Shown piece by piece: positions 40,710 through 50,923 of a stretch of 64,000 nt of DNA. The stretch lies in the NCBI GenBank assembly GCA_963771885.1, contig CAVYVF010000002.1:224001-288000 (forward strand), written 5' to 3'. The notes under the pieces are model-generated. The model had not been told where the DNA came from. It did no database searches and saw only the letters and a list, made by a program, of their open reading frames with translations. Position numbers and translations under genes: made by a program. The stretch comes from Candidatus Bathyarchaeota archaeon. GTDB taxonomy: Archaea; Thermoproteota; Bathyarchaeia; TCS64. Every line of letters starts with the position of its first letter. Position 1 is the first letter of the stretch.

Positions 40710-41728
40710 GCTTCGCCGAGGACGCGGAATAGTTCGTCTTGCCTGACTGGTTCTATAGTCTTCTGTGAACCGTCGGAGCGGGTGATCATCCTGCCTTCAC
40801 TCCGTTCCCTAACCTCGCCTATTACGGAACTCTGCACGTTGATGCTCTGAAGGGCTTCGAGAACCTTCTCCGCCTTCGCCTCATCGACCGCAAGTAACAA
40901 CGCGCCTGAGCTGAGCAGCTTGAGGGGGTCGACTTCCAGTGTCTCTGCGATGATCGCCGTCTCGGGGGCAATTGGTATTAGGCTCTCCTCGACGGCTAAG
41001 CCGACGCCAGCAGCGTGTGCCATCTCGAAGAGGCCGTTGAGGATACCACCCTCGGTGGGTGTGTGCATGGAGTGGACGCCGCCCACCTCGACCGCCTTGA
41101 GGGCCTCCGGGACGACGCTCACGACCTCGACCATCTTCCTCGCCCTCTGCAGTGTCCTCATGTCGATCTTCTTGCCAAGTTTCGATTCTAGGTCGGAGGC
41201 GAGGATGCTCGTCCCCTCGAGGCCGACGGTTTTCGTTAGTATGATCTTATCCCCCGGCTTCGCCCCGCTGGTCGTAACGTACCTATTCTTCGGTGCCTCC
41301 CCCATCATGAAGCCCGCAACTATCGGTTTGTCCAGCCCTGCGACGCACTCTGTATGGCCGCCTACGAGCTGGATTCCGAGTTCCTTACATGCGCGGTCCA
41401 TTTCGTCCATTATTATCTCAAGGCGCGACTCCGTCGCCCCTTCTGGGAGCAGGACCGTACTCATGAACCACAGCGGCTTTGCACCTCGGGCGGCGACGTC
41501 GTTAGCGTTGATGTGGACGACGAGTTTCCCTATGTTCACGTCGGCGCCGGTGATCGGATTCGCCTTGGCGACGAGGACCTTGCTCCCCATGTCGATTATG
41601 GACGCATCCTCGCCTATGGCGGCACCCCTTATGACCCTGTCAGAGTGAATGCCAAGGCGGGGGAGCACGCATCTCCTGAGTATGTCATGAGATACCTTAC
41701 CCGTCCTCAACACTCTGTTCGGAGCCAT
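40706..41728 (-). CDS. AIR synthase/HypE-like (PurM fold) protein
   Basis: NANDVA..GAKP, GGHTE, PTEGG, SSGALL; no C-terminal PR.C. Confidence 0.82.
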   Translation of the reverse strand: MAPNRVLRTGKVSHDILRRCVLPRLGIHSDRVIRGAAIGEDASIIDMGSKVLVAKANPITGADVNIGKLVVHINANDVAARGAKPLWFMSTVLLPEGATESRLEIIMDEMDRACKELGIQLVGGHTECVAGLDKPIVAGFMMGEAPKNRYVTTSGAKPGDKIILTKTVGLEGTSILASDLESKLGKKIDMRTLQRARKMVEVVSVVPEALKAVEVGGVHSMHTPTEGGILNGLFEMAHAAGVGLAVEESLIPIAPETAIIAETLEVDPLKLLSSGALLLAVDEAKAEKVLEALQSINVQSSVIGEVRERSEGRMITRSDGSQKTIEPVRQDELFRVLGEA

Positions 41729-41794
41729 CTCTAGGTCGCCTTTCTATTGTTGGGTGGCTGTTTAAAGGTTTCAAGGAGGGATCACTTTCACTCA

Positions 41795-41820
41795 CCTCTC
41801 CACAGTTGATCCACTGGAAC
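41795..41820 (-). promoter_or_regulatory. ORB-like Orc1/Cdc6 binding box
   Basis: Minus strand GTTCCAGTGGATCAACTGTGGAGAGG resembles ORB (TTCCAGTGGAAAC + G-rich tail), about 55 nt upstream of cdc6. Confidence 0.6.
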
Positions 41821-41874
41821 TTACGTAAAGCATAAATCTGCAACCGGGGAGAGGCGAGACAGGGGACACCATCC

Positions 41875-43047
41875 TTGGCGGATCAGAGACTCATCATTGA
41901 CGAGGGCGTGCTCGACATCAACTACATCCCACCCAGCCTCATACACAGGGAGGCTCAGCTACGCGTCCTGCGACTCACCTACGACTTCATGCTCTCCGCC
42001 CCCTATGAGATGAGTCAGAGGGCCATAATCGTCGGCGGCGTCGGCTCCGGGAAGACGGCCCTCGCCAGAGTCTTCGGCAAGGGGCTCAGGGACGAGGCGA
42101 AGAGAAAGCGGCTCAGGGTCGAGTACATACACGTCAATTGCAGGGAGCTACGCGGAAGCCTCTTCATGGTCCTTCGCAGGGTCGTAAAGACTCTGCGCCC
42201 CGAGTTCCCCGAGCGGGGATACGCCCCCAACGAGCTCATGGAGACACTCATGCAGCTCCTAGGCGAGGACAACGGGCAACTCCTCCTCTGCCTCGACGAG
42301 GTCGACGCCCTCATAGACACCGAGGGCAGCGATGCCCTCTACCAACTCACGCGCGTCCACGAGTCCCAGCCCGACGCTCCGAGGCGCCTCAGCCTCCTAC
42401 TAATCACGAAGGACCGCTCGGTCTTCGACAAGCTAGACAAGAGCACCCTCAGCAGCCTGCAGAGGAACCTCATCGAGATGCCCGAGTACTCGGTGCCGCA
42501 GCTCGGCGACATCGTCTCCGCGAGGGCGGAGGCCGCCTTCAGGAAAAGCGCTGTGCCCCTCGAGGTCGTCGACTTCATCGCGGAGCTCGCTTCCTCGGAG
42601 AACGGCGATGCGCGGTGCGCCATAGACCTACTCTGGGGGGCGGGTAAGAGGGCTGAGATGGAAGGCGCCACGCAGGTGAAGCCGGAGCACGTCCGCCAGG
42701 TCAGCCCCGGCATACTCTCCCCCGTCAAGAAGGAGGGACTCAACCACCTCAGCCTCCATGAGAGGCTCACACTCCTCGCCGTGGCGCGGTTCTTCCGCAC
42801 GAGCACCTCCCCCCACGCCACCACTGGGGAGGTCGAGCAGCTCTACAAGATAGCCTGCGAGGAGCGTGGAGAGAACCCACGCGCCCATACACAGTTCTGG
42901 AAGTACCTGGAGAGCCTTAAGAACACGGGGATAATCTCCTCCAAGGTCGACTCGGGCAGCCAGGGCCGCACACAGTTCATAACCCTCGGCAAGGTTACCG
43001 CCGAGGACCTAGAACGCGAGGTGCTCAAGGGCGTTGAGCAGAAGTAG
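41875..43047 (+). CDS. cdc6: Orc1/Cdc6 replication initiator
   Basis: HREAQL, GGVGSGKT, INC, LDEVD, GDAR, C-terminal winged helix. Confidence 0.92.
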   Translation: MADQRLIIDEGVLDINYIPPSLIHREAQLRVLRLTYDFMLSAPYEMSQRAIIVGGVGSGKTALARVFGKGLRDEAKRKRLRVEYIHVNCRELRGSLFMVLRRVVKTLRPEFPERGYAPNELMETLMQLLGEDNGQLLLCLDEVDALIDTEGSDALYQLTRVHESQPDAPRRLSLLLITKDRSVFDKLDKSTLSSLQRNLIEMPEYSVPQLGDIVSARAEAAFRKSAVPLEVVDFIAELASSENGDARCAIDLLWGAGKRAEMEGATQVKPEHVRQVSPGILSPVKKEGLNHLSLHERLTLLAVARFFRTSTSPHATTGEVEQLYKIACEERGENPRAHTQFWKYLESLKNTGIISSKVDSGSQGRTQFITLGKVTAEDLEREVLKGVEQK

Positions 43048-43327
43048 AACCCAGGCCGAGGAGCTCCTCGGCAGCCGGGGCAGGATAAGGACGCTCCAGG
43101 TCCTCGCGGAGAGTGGGGAACTCAATATAAGCGAGGTCAGCCGCCGCACGGGGCTCAACTACACGAGCGTCGAGAGGCACCTGTCTAAGCTGGCGAAGAT
43201 GGGTCTCGTCAAGGAGAAGCGCTACGGCAAGATCAGGATATTCCAGGCGATGTTCCAGACCCTCACGGTCAGGTTCGAGAGGGGTGGCTCGCTGGCGATG
43301 GAGCTGACCCAGCCACAGCCCGAGTAA
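43034..43327 (+). CDS. ArsR-like winged-helix protein
   Basis: LGSRGRIRTL...ELNISEVSRRTGLNY...EKRYGKIRIF. Confidence 0.75.
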   Translation: MSRSRTQAEELLGSRGRIRTLQVLAESGELNISEVSRRTGLNYTSVERHLSKLAKMGLVKEKRYGKIRIFQAMFQTLTVRFERGGSLAMELTQPQPE

Positions 43328-43442
43328 GGCGCATGTGCGACGAGTCCCGTTTCCTCCGTCGCCGCTACGTTTTCGGCTGTTTGGTTGTTTTGGGTTTGGG
43401 GTGTTTCTGGGTCGTTGGTGGCGGAGGTTTCGCCATCGGGGG

Positions 43443-44075
43443 TCACTTGACGTGGCTGCGGAACCAGTCGATCGATAGCTTGGCGACCTCCTCCAGCTTT
43501 CCAGGCTCCTCGAATAGGTGGGTTGCGCCTTCGACTATCTCTAGCCTCATCCCGGGCCTCATCATCCTCTGCGCCTCCCTGTTCAGCTGGAGCACCTCGG
43601 TGTCGAGGCCGCCGACTATTAGGAGCGTGGGAGCGCGTACCTTTGGGAGGCTCTTGCCCGCGAGGTCGGCTCTCCCTCCGCGGGAGACGATGGCAGCGAC
43701 GAGCTCCGGCTTCTCCGCGGCGGCTATCAGGGCGGCGGAAGCCCCAGTGCTGGAGCCGTAGTAGCCTATCTTGAGCGTGTGCCTGCGCCTGAGCCATCTG
43801 GCGGCGATGAGCATTCTAGTAGCGAGCAGGGTGACGTCGAATCTGTACTCCATCGTTATGGAATCGCGTTCCGCCTCATTCTCGGTGAGGAGGTCGACCA
43901 GCAGTGTTGCGAAGCCCGCCTCATTGAACTTCTTGGCGACCCATTTGTTCCTCGGGCTGTGCCTCCCGCTGCCGCTGCCGTGTGCGAAAAGTATTATGCC
44001 CTTGGCGTTGATTGGTTGTGAGTAATCCCCTATGAGCCTTATACCGTCGGACTCGATGGTTAATGACTCGCTCAA
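43443..44075 (-). CDS. Dienelactone hydrolase-family alpha/beta hydrolase
   Basis: HGSGSGRHSPRN, GSSTG, SRGGR, THLFEE. Confidence 0.85.
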   Translation of the reverse strand: MSESLTIESDGIRLIGDYSQPINAKGIILFAHGSGSGRHSPRNKWVAKKFNEAGFATLLVDLLTENEAERDSITMEYRFDVTLLATRMLIAARWLRRRHTLKIGYYGSSTGASAALIAAAEKPELVAAIVSRGGRADLAGKSLPKVRAPTLLIVGGLDTEVLQLNREAQRMMRPGMRLEIVEGATHLFEEPGKLEEVAKLSIDWFRSHVK

Positions 44076-44695
44076 GCCTCGCCATCCCTGAGGATCTTCT
44101 GTGCTTCCTCGTCCTCGACCTGTGTGAAGTCTGAGTAGAACTGGCCTATGGCGAAGAAGGATGTAGGTTGAAGCACTGCTATGACCTCGTCCGCGTGGCG
44201 TTTTAGCTGCTGGACGGTGTCAGGTGGGGCGACGGGGACGGCGACGACGATTGAGGTGGGCTTCATCTCCCTTATGACCCTGAGCGCCATTATCATTGAC
44301 GCCCCCGTGGCGACGCCGTCGTCGACGACGATGACGGTCTTCCCCGCGAGGTCGATGGGTTTCTTGGTTTCCTTCAGCAGTTCAACCCTCTCGCGGGCTT
44401 CCCTCTGCTTCGTCTTCAGCTCCTCGTCTATGTAGTCCCGGGGGACAGTCCGGGCGAGCTCTGGGTTAAGGTAATGGTGATCGGGGCTCGCTGCGCCGAG
44501 AGCGAGTTCCGGGTTGCCGGGGTATCCGAGCTTCTTGATGACGACGATGTCGAGGGGTGCCCTGAGGTGCTTAGCGACCTCCCATGCGACAACGACGCCG
44601 CCCCGCGGGATTCCGATGATTATAATGTCCTTTCCCCGATACTTTTCGAGTGCTATGGCGAGTTTCTTCCCCGCGTCGCGCCTGTCCGAGAACAT
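44072..44695 (-). CDS. Phosphoribosyltransferase family protein
   Basis: FSDRRDAG, IPRGG, VVDDGVATG. Confidence 0.9.
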   Translation of the reverse strand: MFSDRRDAGKKLAIALEKYRGKDIIIIGIPRGGVVVAWEVAKHLRAPLDIVVIKKLGYPGNPELALGAASPDHHYLNPELARTVPRDYIDEELKTKQREARERVELLKETKKPIDLAGKTVIVVDDGVATGASMIMALRVIREMKPTSIVVAVPVAPPDTVQQLKRHADEVIAVLQPTSFFAIGQFYSDFTQVEDEEAQKILRDGEA

Positions 44696-44806
44696 CGTTC
44701 TGACCTCTGATTACCGGGTCGTAATCGGTGTACATCAATCCTTCCCACTTCGGGAGGGTGTAGGTATTTCCATCACGGTTCTCCATGATATCTCGGAGTA
44801 GCTTAC

Positions 44807-45271
44807 ATGAGCGTGTTCAGGACCGAGTACGACGTAAAGGCGAAGAAGGTCTGGCGGTGCCACGTGTGCAACGACATACACTTCGGCGCCGCGCCGCCAG
44901 TCATCTGCCCGACCTGCGGAGCACGCAGAGCCTTCGCTCTCGTCGACCGCGATGAGACGTTGAAGATTCTCGGGGAGAGAGGCGGATCCCTGGCGGACAC
45001 CGCCGCCATCATCGACACTTGGAAAAAGTTCGGCGACAACGGGGAGGAGTACAAACTCGTCGACGACGCTGAGATGGTACAGGGCCTTGCCGAGGGGGTC
45101 CTAAACAACCAGCAGGGACACGGTCTCAGGTACTGCCCGTGCAGGCTCGCCACCGGCGACTTCGACTCCGACCTCAAACTCATCTGCCCATGCAACTTCC
45201 AGGTTCAGAAGACCTGGGCCGAGAAGGGCGAGTGCTGGTGCGGGCTATTCGTGAGGAGGAACAAACAATGA
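44807..45271 (+). CDS. Rubredoxin-like domain fused to ferredoxin:thioredoxin reductase catalytic subunit
   Basis: WRCHVC...CPTCG followed by CPC...CPC...CWC. Confidence 0.85.
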   Translation: MSVFRTEYDVKAKKVWRCHVCNDIHFGAAPPVICPTCGARRAFALVDRDETLKILGERGGSLADTAAIIDTWKKFGDNGEEYKLVDDAEMVQGLAEGVLNNQQGHGLRYCPCRLATGDFDSDLKLICPCNFQVQKTWAEKGECWCGLFVRRNKQ

Positions 45272-45555
45272 GTGCAAATGACAGATTGATCTGGTTCAGC
45301 GGAAGGGAGTGTGTACACTGCAAGAGGATGCGCCCCGTCGTGGAGCAGTTAGAGGCTGAGACGGGGAAGAAGATAACGGAGCTCGAGGTCTGGCACAGCG
45401 AGGAGAACGCCAGCGTGATGAGGGGCTACGGCGACGCCATCAAGAAGGCGTGCGGAGGCGACCTCGGCGTCCCCGCGTTCTTCAACGAGAAGACGAAGAA
45501 TGCCGTCTGCGGGATGGCCACGCTGGAAAAGCTGAAGTCGTGGGCCGAGGGCTAA
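45268..45555 (+). CDS. Thioredoxin-like protein
   Basis: CVHC, GVP; ATG overlaps the FTR stop. Confidence 0.8.
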   Translation: MSANDRLIWFSGRECVHCKRMRPVVEQLEAETGKKITELEVWHSEENASVMRGYGDAIKKACGGDLGVPAFFNEKTKNAVCGMATLEKLKSWAEG

Positions 45556-46833
45556 ACGTCGGCGTCGTCCATCGAGATGAGCAGCAGCGCCGGGTCCTCT
45601 AGGTACCTTTTCAGAGCGTTCATGAACCGTCCCGCGTCGGCGCCGTCCATTATCCTGTGGTCGAAGGATAGGCTTAGGTGGAGGACCTTTCTGATTTTGA
45701 TCTCTCCATCGACGACCTTAGGTACATCGGCAATCCTTCCCGTCCCGAGTATGGCCGCCTCGGGGTAGTTGATTATCGGTGTGCCGTATGTGCCGCCGAA
45801 GACGCCGTAGTTCGTTATCGTGAACGTGCCGCCCTTCAGGTCGCCTAGGTCAACCTTTCGTGTACCAGCTAGTTCCGCGAGCTTCTCCACCTCCTGGGCG
45901 AGCTCGACTATGCTCTTCTGGTCGGCGCCCTTGATGACGGGGACGATGAGGCCGTCCTCGGTGGCGACGGCGAAGCCGATGTTGTAGTACTTCTTGATGA
46001 CGATCTCGTCGGCCTCCTCGTTGTAGGTGGAGTTGAGGACCGGGTTCTCCTTGAGCGCCTCGACTATCGCCTTTATGATGAAGGGCATGTAGGTGAGGCG
46101 AACCTTCTTCGTCTCGAGGAGTATCGCCTTCTTCCTCTCGCGCAGGGCGACGAGCTCGGTGACGTCAGCCTCGTCCATCGCCGTGACGTGTGCCGCCTTT
46201 GGTCTGGCTCTCGATCATCTTCTTCGCCACCGCCCTCCTGACGCCTCGGACTGGGCGCCTCTCGACGTAGCCGTAGATGTCGAACTTGGGGACGATCCTC
46301 GGCCTCTCCCTCGGCGCCTCTTTATGGCCCTTAACGTCCTCCTCGGTGATTCTCCCCTCGGGGCCTGTTCCCTTTACCTTGGAGAGGTCTACCCCGAGTT
46401 GTGCCGCTAACTGGCGGACGGCGGGTAGCGCGAGTACCGCGCCTCCGGCTGGCTCGGTTGCGGCAGCCGGTTGCGCCGGCGGTGCGGTGGGCGCTGCTTC
46501 AGGTGCCTCCGGTAGTTCACCCACAACCGAGACTGAGGGTTTCCTCATCTCGGGCGCGGGGACTGCCATGGCCTCGGGTGCAGATGCCGCCTCGCCCTCG
46601 GCGCCTATCGTGACTAGCACTTCGCCGACCTTGATGACGCCACCCTCGGGGTGGTATATCTTCAGTATCTTGCCCGCGGCAGGTGATGGCATCTCTACGA
46701 CTGCCTTATCCGTCTCCAGCTCGGCGAGGGACTGGTCACGCTTCACGATATCCCCCTCCTTCACGAGCCACTTCCTAACCTCCCCCTCAGTGATTCCCTC
46801 GCCGAGGTCCGGTAGCTTGAACTCTGTCACCAT
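45552..46833 (-). CDS. pdhC: 2-oxoacid dehydrogenase E2 (frameshift near 46198)
   Basis: Lipoyl domain ETDKA, subunit-binding domain GTGPEGRI, catalytic DHRIMDG. Confidence 0.9.
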
Positions 46834-46843
46834 TTCATTCGCC

Positions 46844-47822
46844 TCAGAACGCCATTACCCTCTTTATGCCCCTGTGGACCCTGTCGGGGTCGATGTAGTA
46901 AAAATGCTCCCCCTTGGGAAGGGGCACCGTTATGTCGGGGGCGGTCACCCTCTCCACCGGGGCCTTAAGGTGGAGAAGTGCCTTCTCGCATATAGTCGCA
47001 GCTATCTCAGCGCCTAGTCCGCATGTCTTTGGCGCCTCATGGACTACGACAGCTCTTCCCGTCTTCTTCACTGATGCTATGATTGTCTCGGTGTCCATGG
47101 GGGCGAGTGTGCGCAGGTCGATCACCTCGACGGATGTGCCGTCTTTCTCGACTTTAGAGATCGCCTCCTGAATGATCGGCATCATGGCGCCCCAGCCTAT
47201 TACCGTCACGTCCTTTCCCTCCTTTACCTTCCTCGCCTCTCCGAGTGGAATCGTGAACGCAGCCTCCTCGACCTCCTCCTTGATGAGGCGGTAGTTGCGG
47301 GTGGGCTCCAGGAAGACGACGGGGTCAGGGTCACGTATACTTGAAATCAGCAAGCCCCTTCGCCTCACGAGGCGTCGAGGGAACGACGACCTTTAAGCCG
47401 GGTATCTGGGTGAAGAGCGCCTCGGTACTCTCAGAGTGGTGCTCTAGCGCCTTGACGCCTGCTCCGTAGGGTGTGCGTAACACCATCGGCACCGTTATCC
47501 GCCCCCGCGAGCGGTTCCTCATCCTCGCCGCGTGGCAGATCAGCTGGTCGAGGGTGAAGTAGGAGAAGCCCATGAACTGTATCTCGGCGACGGGCTTGAG
47601 CCCGTTCATCGCCATACCGATTGCGGCTCCCGCTATGCAGGCTTCGGCGAGGGGCGTGTCAATGACCCTCGTGGGGCCAAACTTTTTTATGAGCCCGTCA
47701 GTGACCCTGAAGACTCCGCCGTCCACACCTACATCCTCGCCTAGGACGACGACGCTTGGGTCCGCTTCCATCTCGACGGCGAGGGCGTTTCCGATGGACT
47801 GGACCATGTTCATGACGACCAT
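46844..47822 (-). CDS. pdhB: 2-oxoacid dehydrogenase E1 beta (frameshift near 47358)
   Basis: GEDVG..GGVFR, DTPLAE, EIQF, HHSES, IDLRTL. Confidence 0.92.
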
Positions 47823-48907
47823 CAGTCGGCGCCTCCCAAGCTTAGGTCCTTCTTATGGAAGGCGAGTTGCTCCCTGAGCCGGGGCGGTATATCCTTGTAC
47901 GTGTAGTTGAACACATCGTCTATTGTTTGAGACGGTTGGCTCAGAGCCCGCTCCGACTCTTCCTCGACCTGCTTCGTCGCCTCCGCCACGGCAGTCTTCT
48001 CCATTTCCTCGCCCCATAGGCCCTTGCCTTCGAGGTATTTCCTGAACCTCTTTATCGGGTCACGCGTCTCCCACTGGAGGAGCTCCTCCTCGGTGCGATA
48101 ACGTGTCGCGTCGTCACTGGTTGTGTGGTCACCGAGGCGATAGGTATATGATTCTATGAGAGTCGGGCCTGAGCCCGCCCTCGCCCGCTCAACTGCCTTA
48201 CTTGCGGCGAGGTAGAGGGCTAGGACGTCGTTTCCGTCGACTAGTATCCCCGGGAAACCATATGCGATGGCTTTCTGCGCGATAGTCTTCGACGCAGTCT
48301 GCTGCGCCCTCGGCACGGATATGGCGTATTGGTTATTCTGGCAGATGAATATCGTCGGCGTCTTGAGGACGCCCGCAAGGTTGAGCCCCTCGTGGAAGCT
48401 GCCCTGCGAGGAGCCACCGTCGCCGAAGTAGGTCATGGCGATGGTATTCTCCCCCCTGTACTTTGAGGCGTAGCTGATCCCAACGGCGTGGGGTATCTGG
48501 TCACCCACTGGGACGATACCGGGCATCACAGTGACGCCGTCCGGGTACCTGTTACCCAACTCGTTCCCCGACCAGTAGAGGTAGAGGTTGTAGAGGGGTA
48601 CGCCCCTCCAGATTAGTGCAGTTAACTCCCTGAAGGCGGGGACGATCCAGTCGCCCTTCCCGAGTGCCATCGCGGGGCCTAGCTGGCTAGCCTCCTGCCC
48701 CTTACTCGGAGGATAAGCCCCCAACCTACCCTGCCTCTGAAGCTTCACTGCCTTATCGTCGGCAATACGGGCGGTGAGCATGGTCCGGTAAGCGCGCTTC
48801 AATAACTCCCCGTCAAGCTGGGGTTCGAGGGCTTTGTTGACATTTCCCTCGGCGTCGAGTACCTGGAGCATTTTCCCCTCAAGAGGGTTGTAGTCGTCGA
48901 ACAGCAT
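47822..48907 (-). CDS. pdhA: 2-oxoacid dehydrogenase E1 alpha
   Basis: QRQGR, GQEA, GDG...NNQYAIS TPP motif, HTTSDD. Confidence 0.93.
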   Translation of the reverse strand: MLFDDYNPLEGKMLQVLDAEGNVNKALEPQLDGELLKRAYRTMLTARIADDKAVKLQRQGRLGAYPPSKGQEASQLGPAMALGKGDWIVPAFRELTALIWRGVPLYNLYLYWSGNELGNRYPDGVTVMPGIVPVGDQIPHAVGISYASKYRGENTIAMTYFGDGGSSQGSFHEGLNLAGVLKTPTIFICQNNQYAISVPRAQQTASKTIAQKAIAYGFPGILVDGNDVLALYLAASKAVERARAGSGPTLIESYTYRLGDHTTSDDATRYRTEEELLQWETRDPIKRFRKYLEGKGLWGEEMEKTAVAEATKQVEEESERALSQPSQTIDDVFNYTYKDIPPRLREQLAFHKKDLSLGGAD

Positions 48908-48940
48908 CTGAACTCTGGTTTTTTTTAGGAACGTTTCGAC

Positions 48941-49714
48941 TTAAACGATGCCCTTTTTCAAGGTAGAAGCTGCGTCGTTAGCCATCCTTCCTTCAATTAT
49001 CCAGTCATCCTGTGCATAAACTGAGTCACACAGCCTTTCGGCGAGCTGCGCCTCTTCGGGGGTCAGGCTATCTTTGACAATGCGGGTGCCGAAACGTTTA
49101 CCGAGAAGGTCGACGAGTATCGGCTTCCACGCCTCCACATCTAGAACCGATAAATTTCCCGTCGGCGAGTACCTGCTTTTACGCCGTACTCCCTCGGGGT
49201 GAAGCAGGCTCTTCTCCAGTTTTTCCAGGTTCGCCGATAAGAGCAGCGTCGAGTGACTGAGAACCGTGTCTCTCGACAGGTACGAGGCCGCCCCCGATAC
49301 TTTGAGGCCGTCAAGGTATATGCCGTTCAGCTCGTCGATGCTCAGGCGGGCTATGCCGGATTGTTCGAGGCTTTGTAGCAGCAGGTTTGGGAGCAGCCGC
49401 GTCGCCTCTTTCATGTCCAGGGGCTTCGCCAGGGACTTCCGTGGATAGACTAGGCTTATATTGAGGTTTCCCTCGTCCTGATAGACGGCGCCGCCGCCGG
49501 AGATCCTTCGGCAGACCCTGATGCCGTTCTCGCGGCAGAAAGTTTGATCAACTTCAAGCCCGGGTGACTGCCCGCGGCCGATGACGACTGATGGCGGGTT
49601 GCTCCAGAGTCTAAGGGTCACACGGTTCAAGCAACTGTGTAAGAGGAGGGAGTGGTCTATGGCGAGACCGAGGTAAGGGTCGTCGGGATGATCCTGTATT
49701 ATGCGCCCCTCCAT
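48941..49714 (-). CDS. lplA: Lipoate-protein ligase, catalytic domain only
   Basis: RRISGGGAVYQD, KVSG. Confidence 0.82.
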   Translation of the reverse strand: MEGRIIQDHPDDPYLGLAIDHSLLLHSCLNRVTLRLWSNPPSVVIGRGQSPGLEVDQTFCRENGIRVCRRISGGGAVYQDEGNLNISLVYPRKSLAKPLDMKEATRLLPNLLLQSLEQSGIARLSIDELNGIYLDGLKVSGAASYLSRDTVLSHSTLLLSANLEKLEKSLLHPEGVRRKSRYSPTGNLSVLDVEAWKPILVDLLGKRFGTRIVKDSLTPEEAQLAERLCDSVYAQDDWIIEGRMANDAASTLKKGIV

Positions 49715-49807
49715 ATGCTCTCCCCTGTTTCCTTGGGGAAGCATGGGAGATAAGGCATGCCCGTGTCGCCAAGGTTCATCTTGTGGGCTTCCGTCCCCTC
49801 AGACGAG

Positions 49808-50923
49808 TTGAAGCTCCGATACAAGTTGTTGGTTGGTGTTGCCGCCGTGTTGCTCGCCGCTGGGGGTTGGGTTATCTGGGATAATCTCCCAAAGACTGGG
49901 AGCGGGGGCGTCGAGGTGGTAGCAAGCGGCCTAAGCGTGCCGTGGGCTATCGACTTCGCCCCGAATGGCGACCTCTACTTCACTGAGAGAGGCGGCAGGG
50001 TCTCCGTCATTAGAGGTGGCTCAGTTCAACTCTTAGCCAAGATACACGTCATAACGACATCGGAGGGCGGCCTACTCGGAATAGCACTCAGCCCCGACTT
50101 CGCCTCCACCCCGGACATATATCTCTACTACACCTACCAAGACGCGACGGGCGTCTGGAACCGAGTCGTCAGGATGCGTGAGGAGTCCGGGAGCCTCGCC
50201 CCGGAGGTCATAGTCATCGACAGGATACCCGGAGGCTCCATACACGACGGTGGCAGGATCAAGTTCGGCCCCGATGGCAAGCTCTACGTCACCTGTGGCG
50301 AGGCCGGCTCAGGGAGCAAGGCGCAGGACACGGGCAGCCTCGGTGGGAAACTACTTCGCATCAACCCGGACGGCTCAATTCCCGCCGATAATCCATTCCC
50401 CGGCTCCCCCGTCTGGAGCCTTGGCCACAGGAACCCGCAGGGTCTCGCGTGGGATGAGGAAGGCAACCTCTACGAGGCGGAGCACGGCCCCAGTGGGGAG
50501 AACGGGAACTATGCCCATGATGAAATCAACCGTATAGCCCCCGGCTCAAACTACGGCTGGCCCCGTATCATTGGCTACGAGACTACCCAAGGTCTCATAA
50601 CCCCCATCTATTCGACGGAGTCCAACACCTGGGCGCCATCCGGCTGCACCTTCGTGACAACGGATCGATACCCGGGGTGGAGAGGCGGCCTGCTCGTCGC
50701 TTGCCTCAGGGGCAAGGGCGTGAGGCTCCTCCGTCTGAACGCCGTGGGGGACGGCGTCGACTCCGTCACGACGATGCTCACGAATTATGGGCGCGTGAGG
50801 GAGGTCGTCGAGGGCCCCGACGGCTATATCTACTTCACGACGAGCAATCGGGACGGCAGAGGCATCCCAGCTGCTGACGACGACAAGATACTGAGAATAG
50901 CGACCGTCGACGGCGTTGGCTAG
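49808..50923 (+). CDS. PQQ-dependent sugar dehydrogenase (GSDH), N-terminal membrane anchor
   Basis: EGGLLG, HDGGRIKFGPDG, GHRNPQG, DEIN, NYGWP, GRVR. Confidence 0.88.
   Translation: MKLRYKLLVGVAAVLLAAGGWVIWDNLPKTGSGGVEVVASGLSVPWAIDFAPNGDLYFTERGGRVSVIRGGSVQLLAKIHVITTSEGGLLGIALSPDFASTPDIYLYYTYQDATGVWNRVVRMREESGSLAPEVIVIDRIPGGSIHDGGRIKFGPDGKLYVTCGEAGSGSKAQDTGSLGGKLLRINPDGSIPADNPFPGSPVWSLGHRNPQGLAWDEEGNLYEAEHGPSGENGNYAHDEINRIAPGSNYGWPRIIGYETTQGLITPIYSTESNTWAPSGCTFVTTDRYPGWRGGLLVACLRGKGVRLLRLNAVGDGVDSVTTMLTNYGRVREVVEGPDGYIYFTTSNRDGRGIPAADDDKILRIATVDGVG

Noticed and set aside
29140..43385. Recurrent AAACAGCC in several intergenic regions
   Set aside because: A few copies of an 8-mer are close to chance expectation and have no consistent position
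43333..43761. 142-aa ORF with a hydrophobic N-terminus
   Set aside because: Arises from a G/T-rich low-complexity spacer and overlaps the hydrolase gene antisense
45552..47822. Programmed ribosomal frameshifting in E2 and E1b
   Set aside because: No consistent slippery heptamer; same +1 insertion pattern as in unrelated genes
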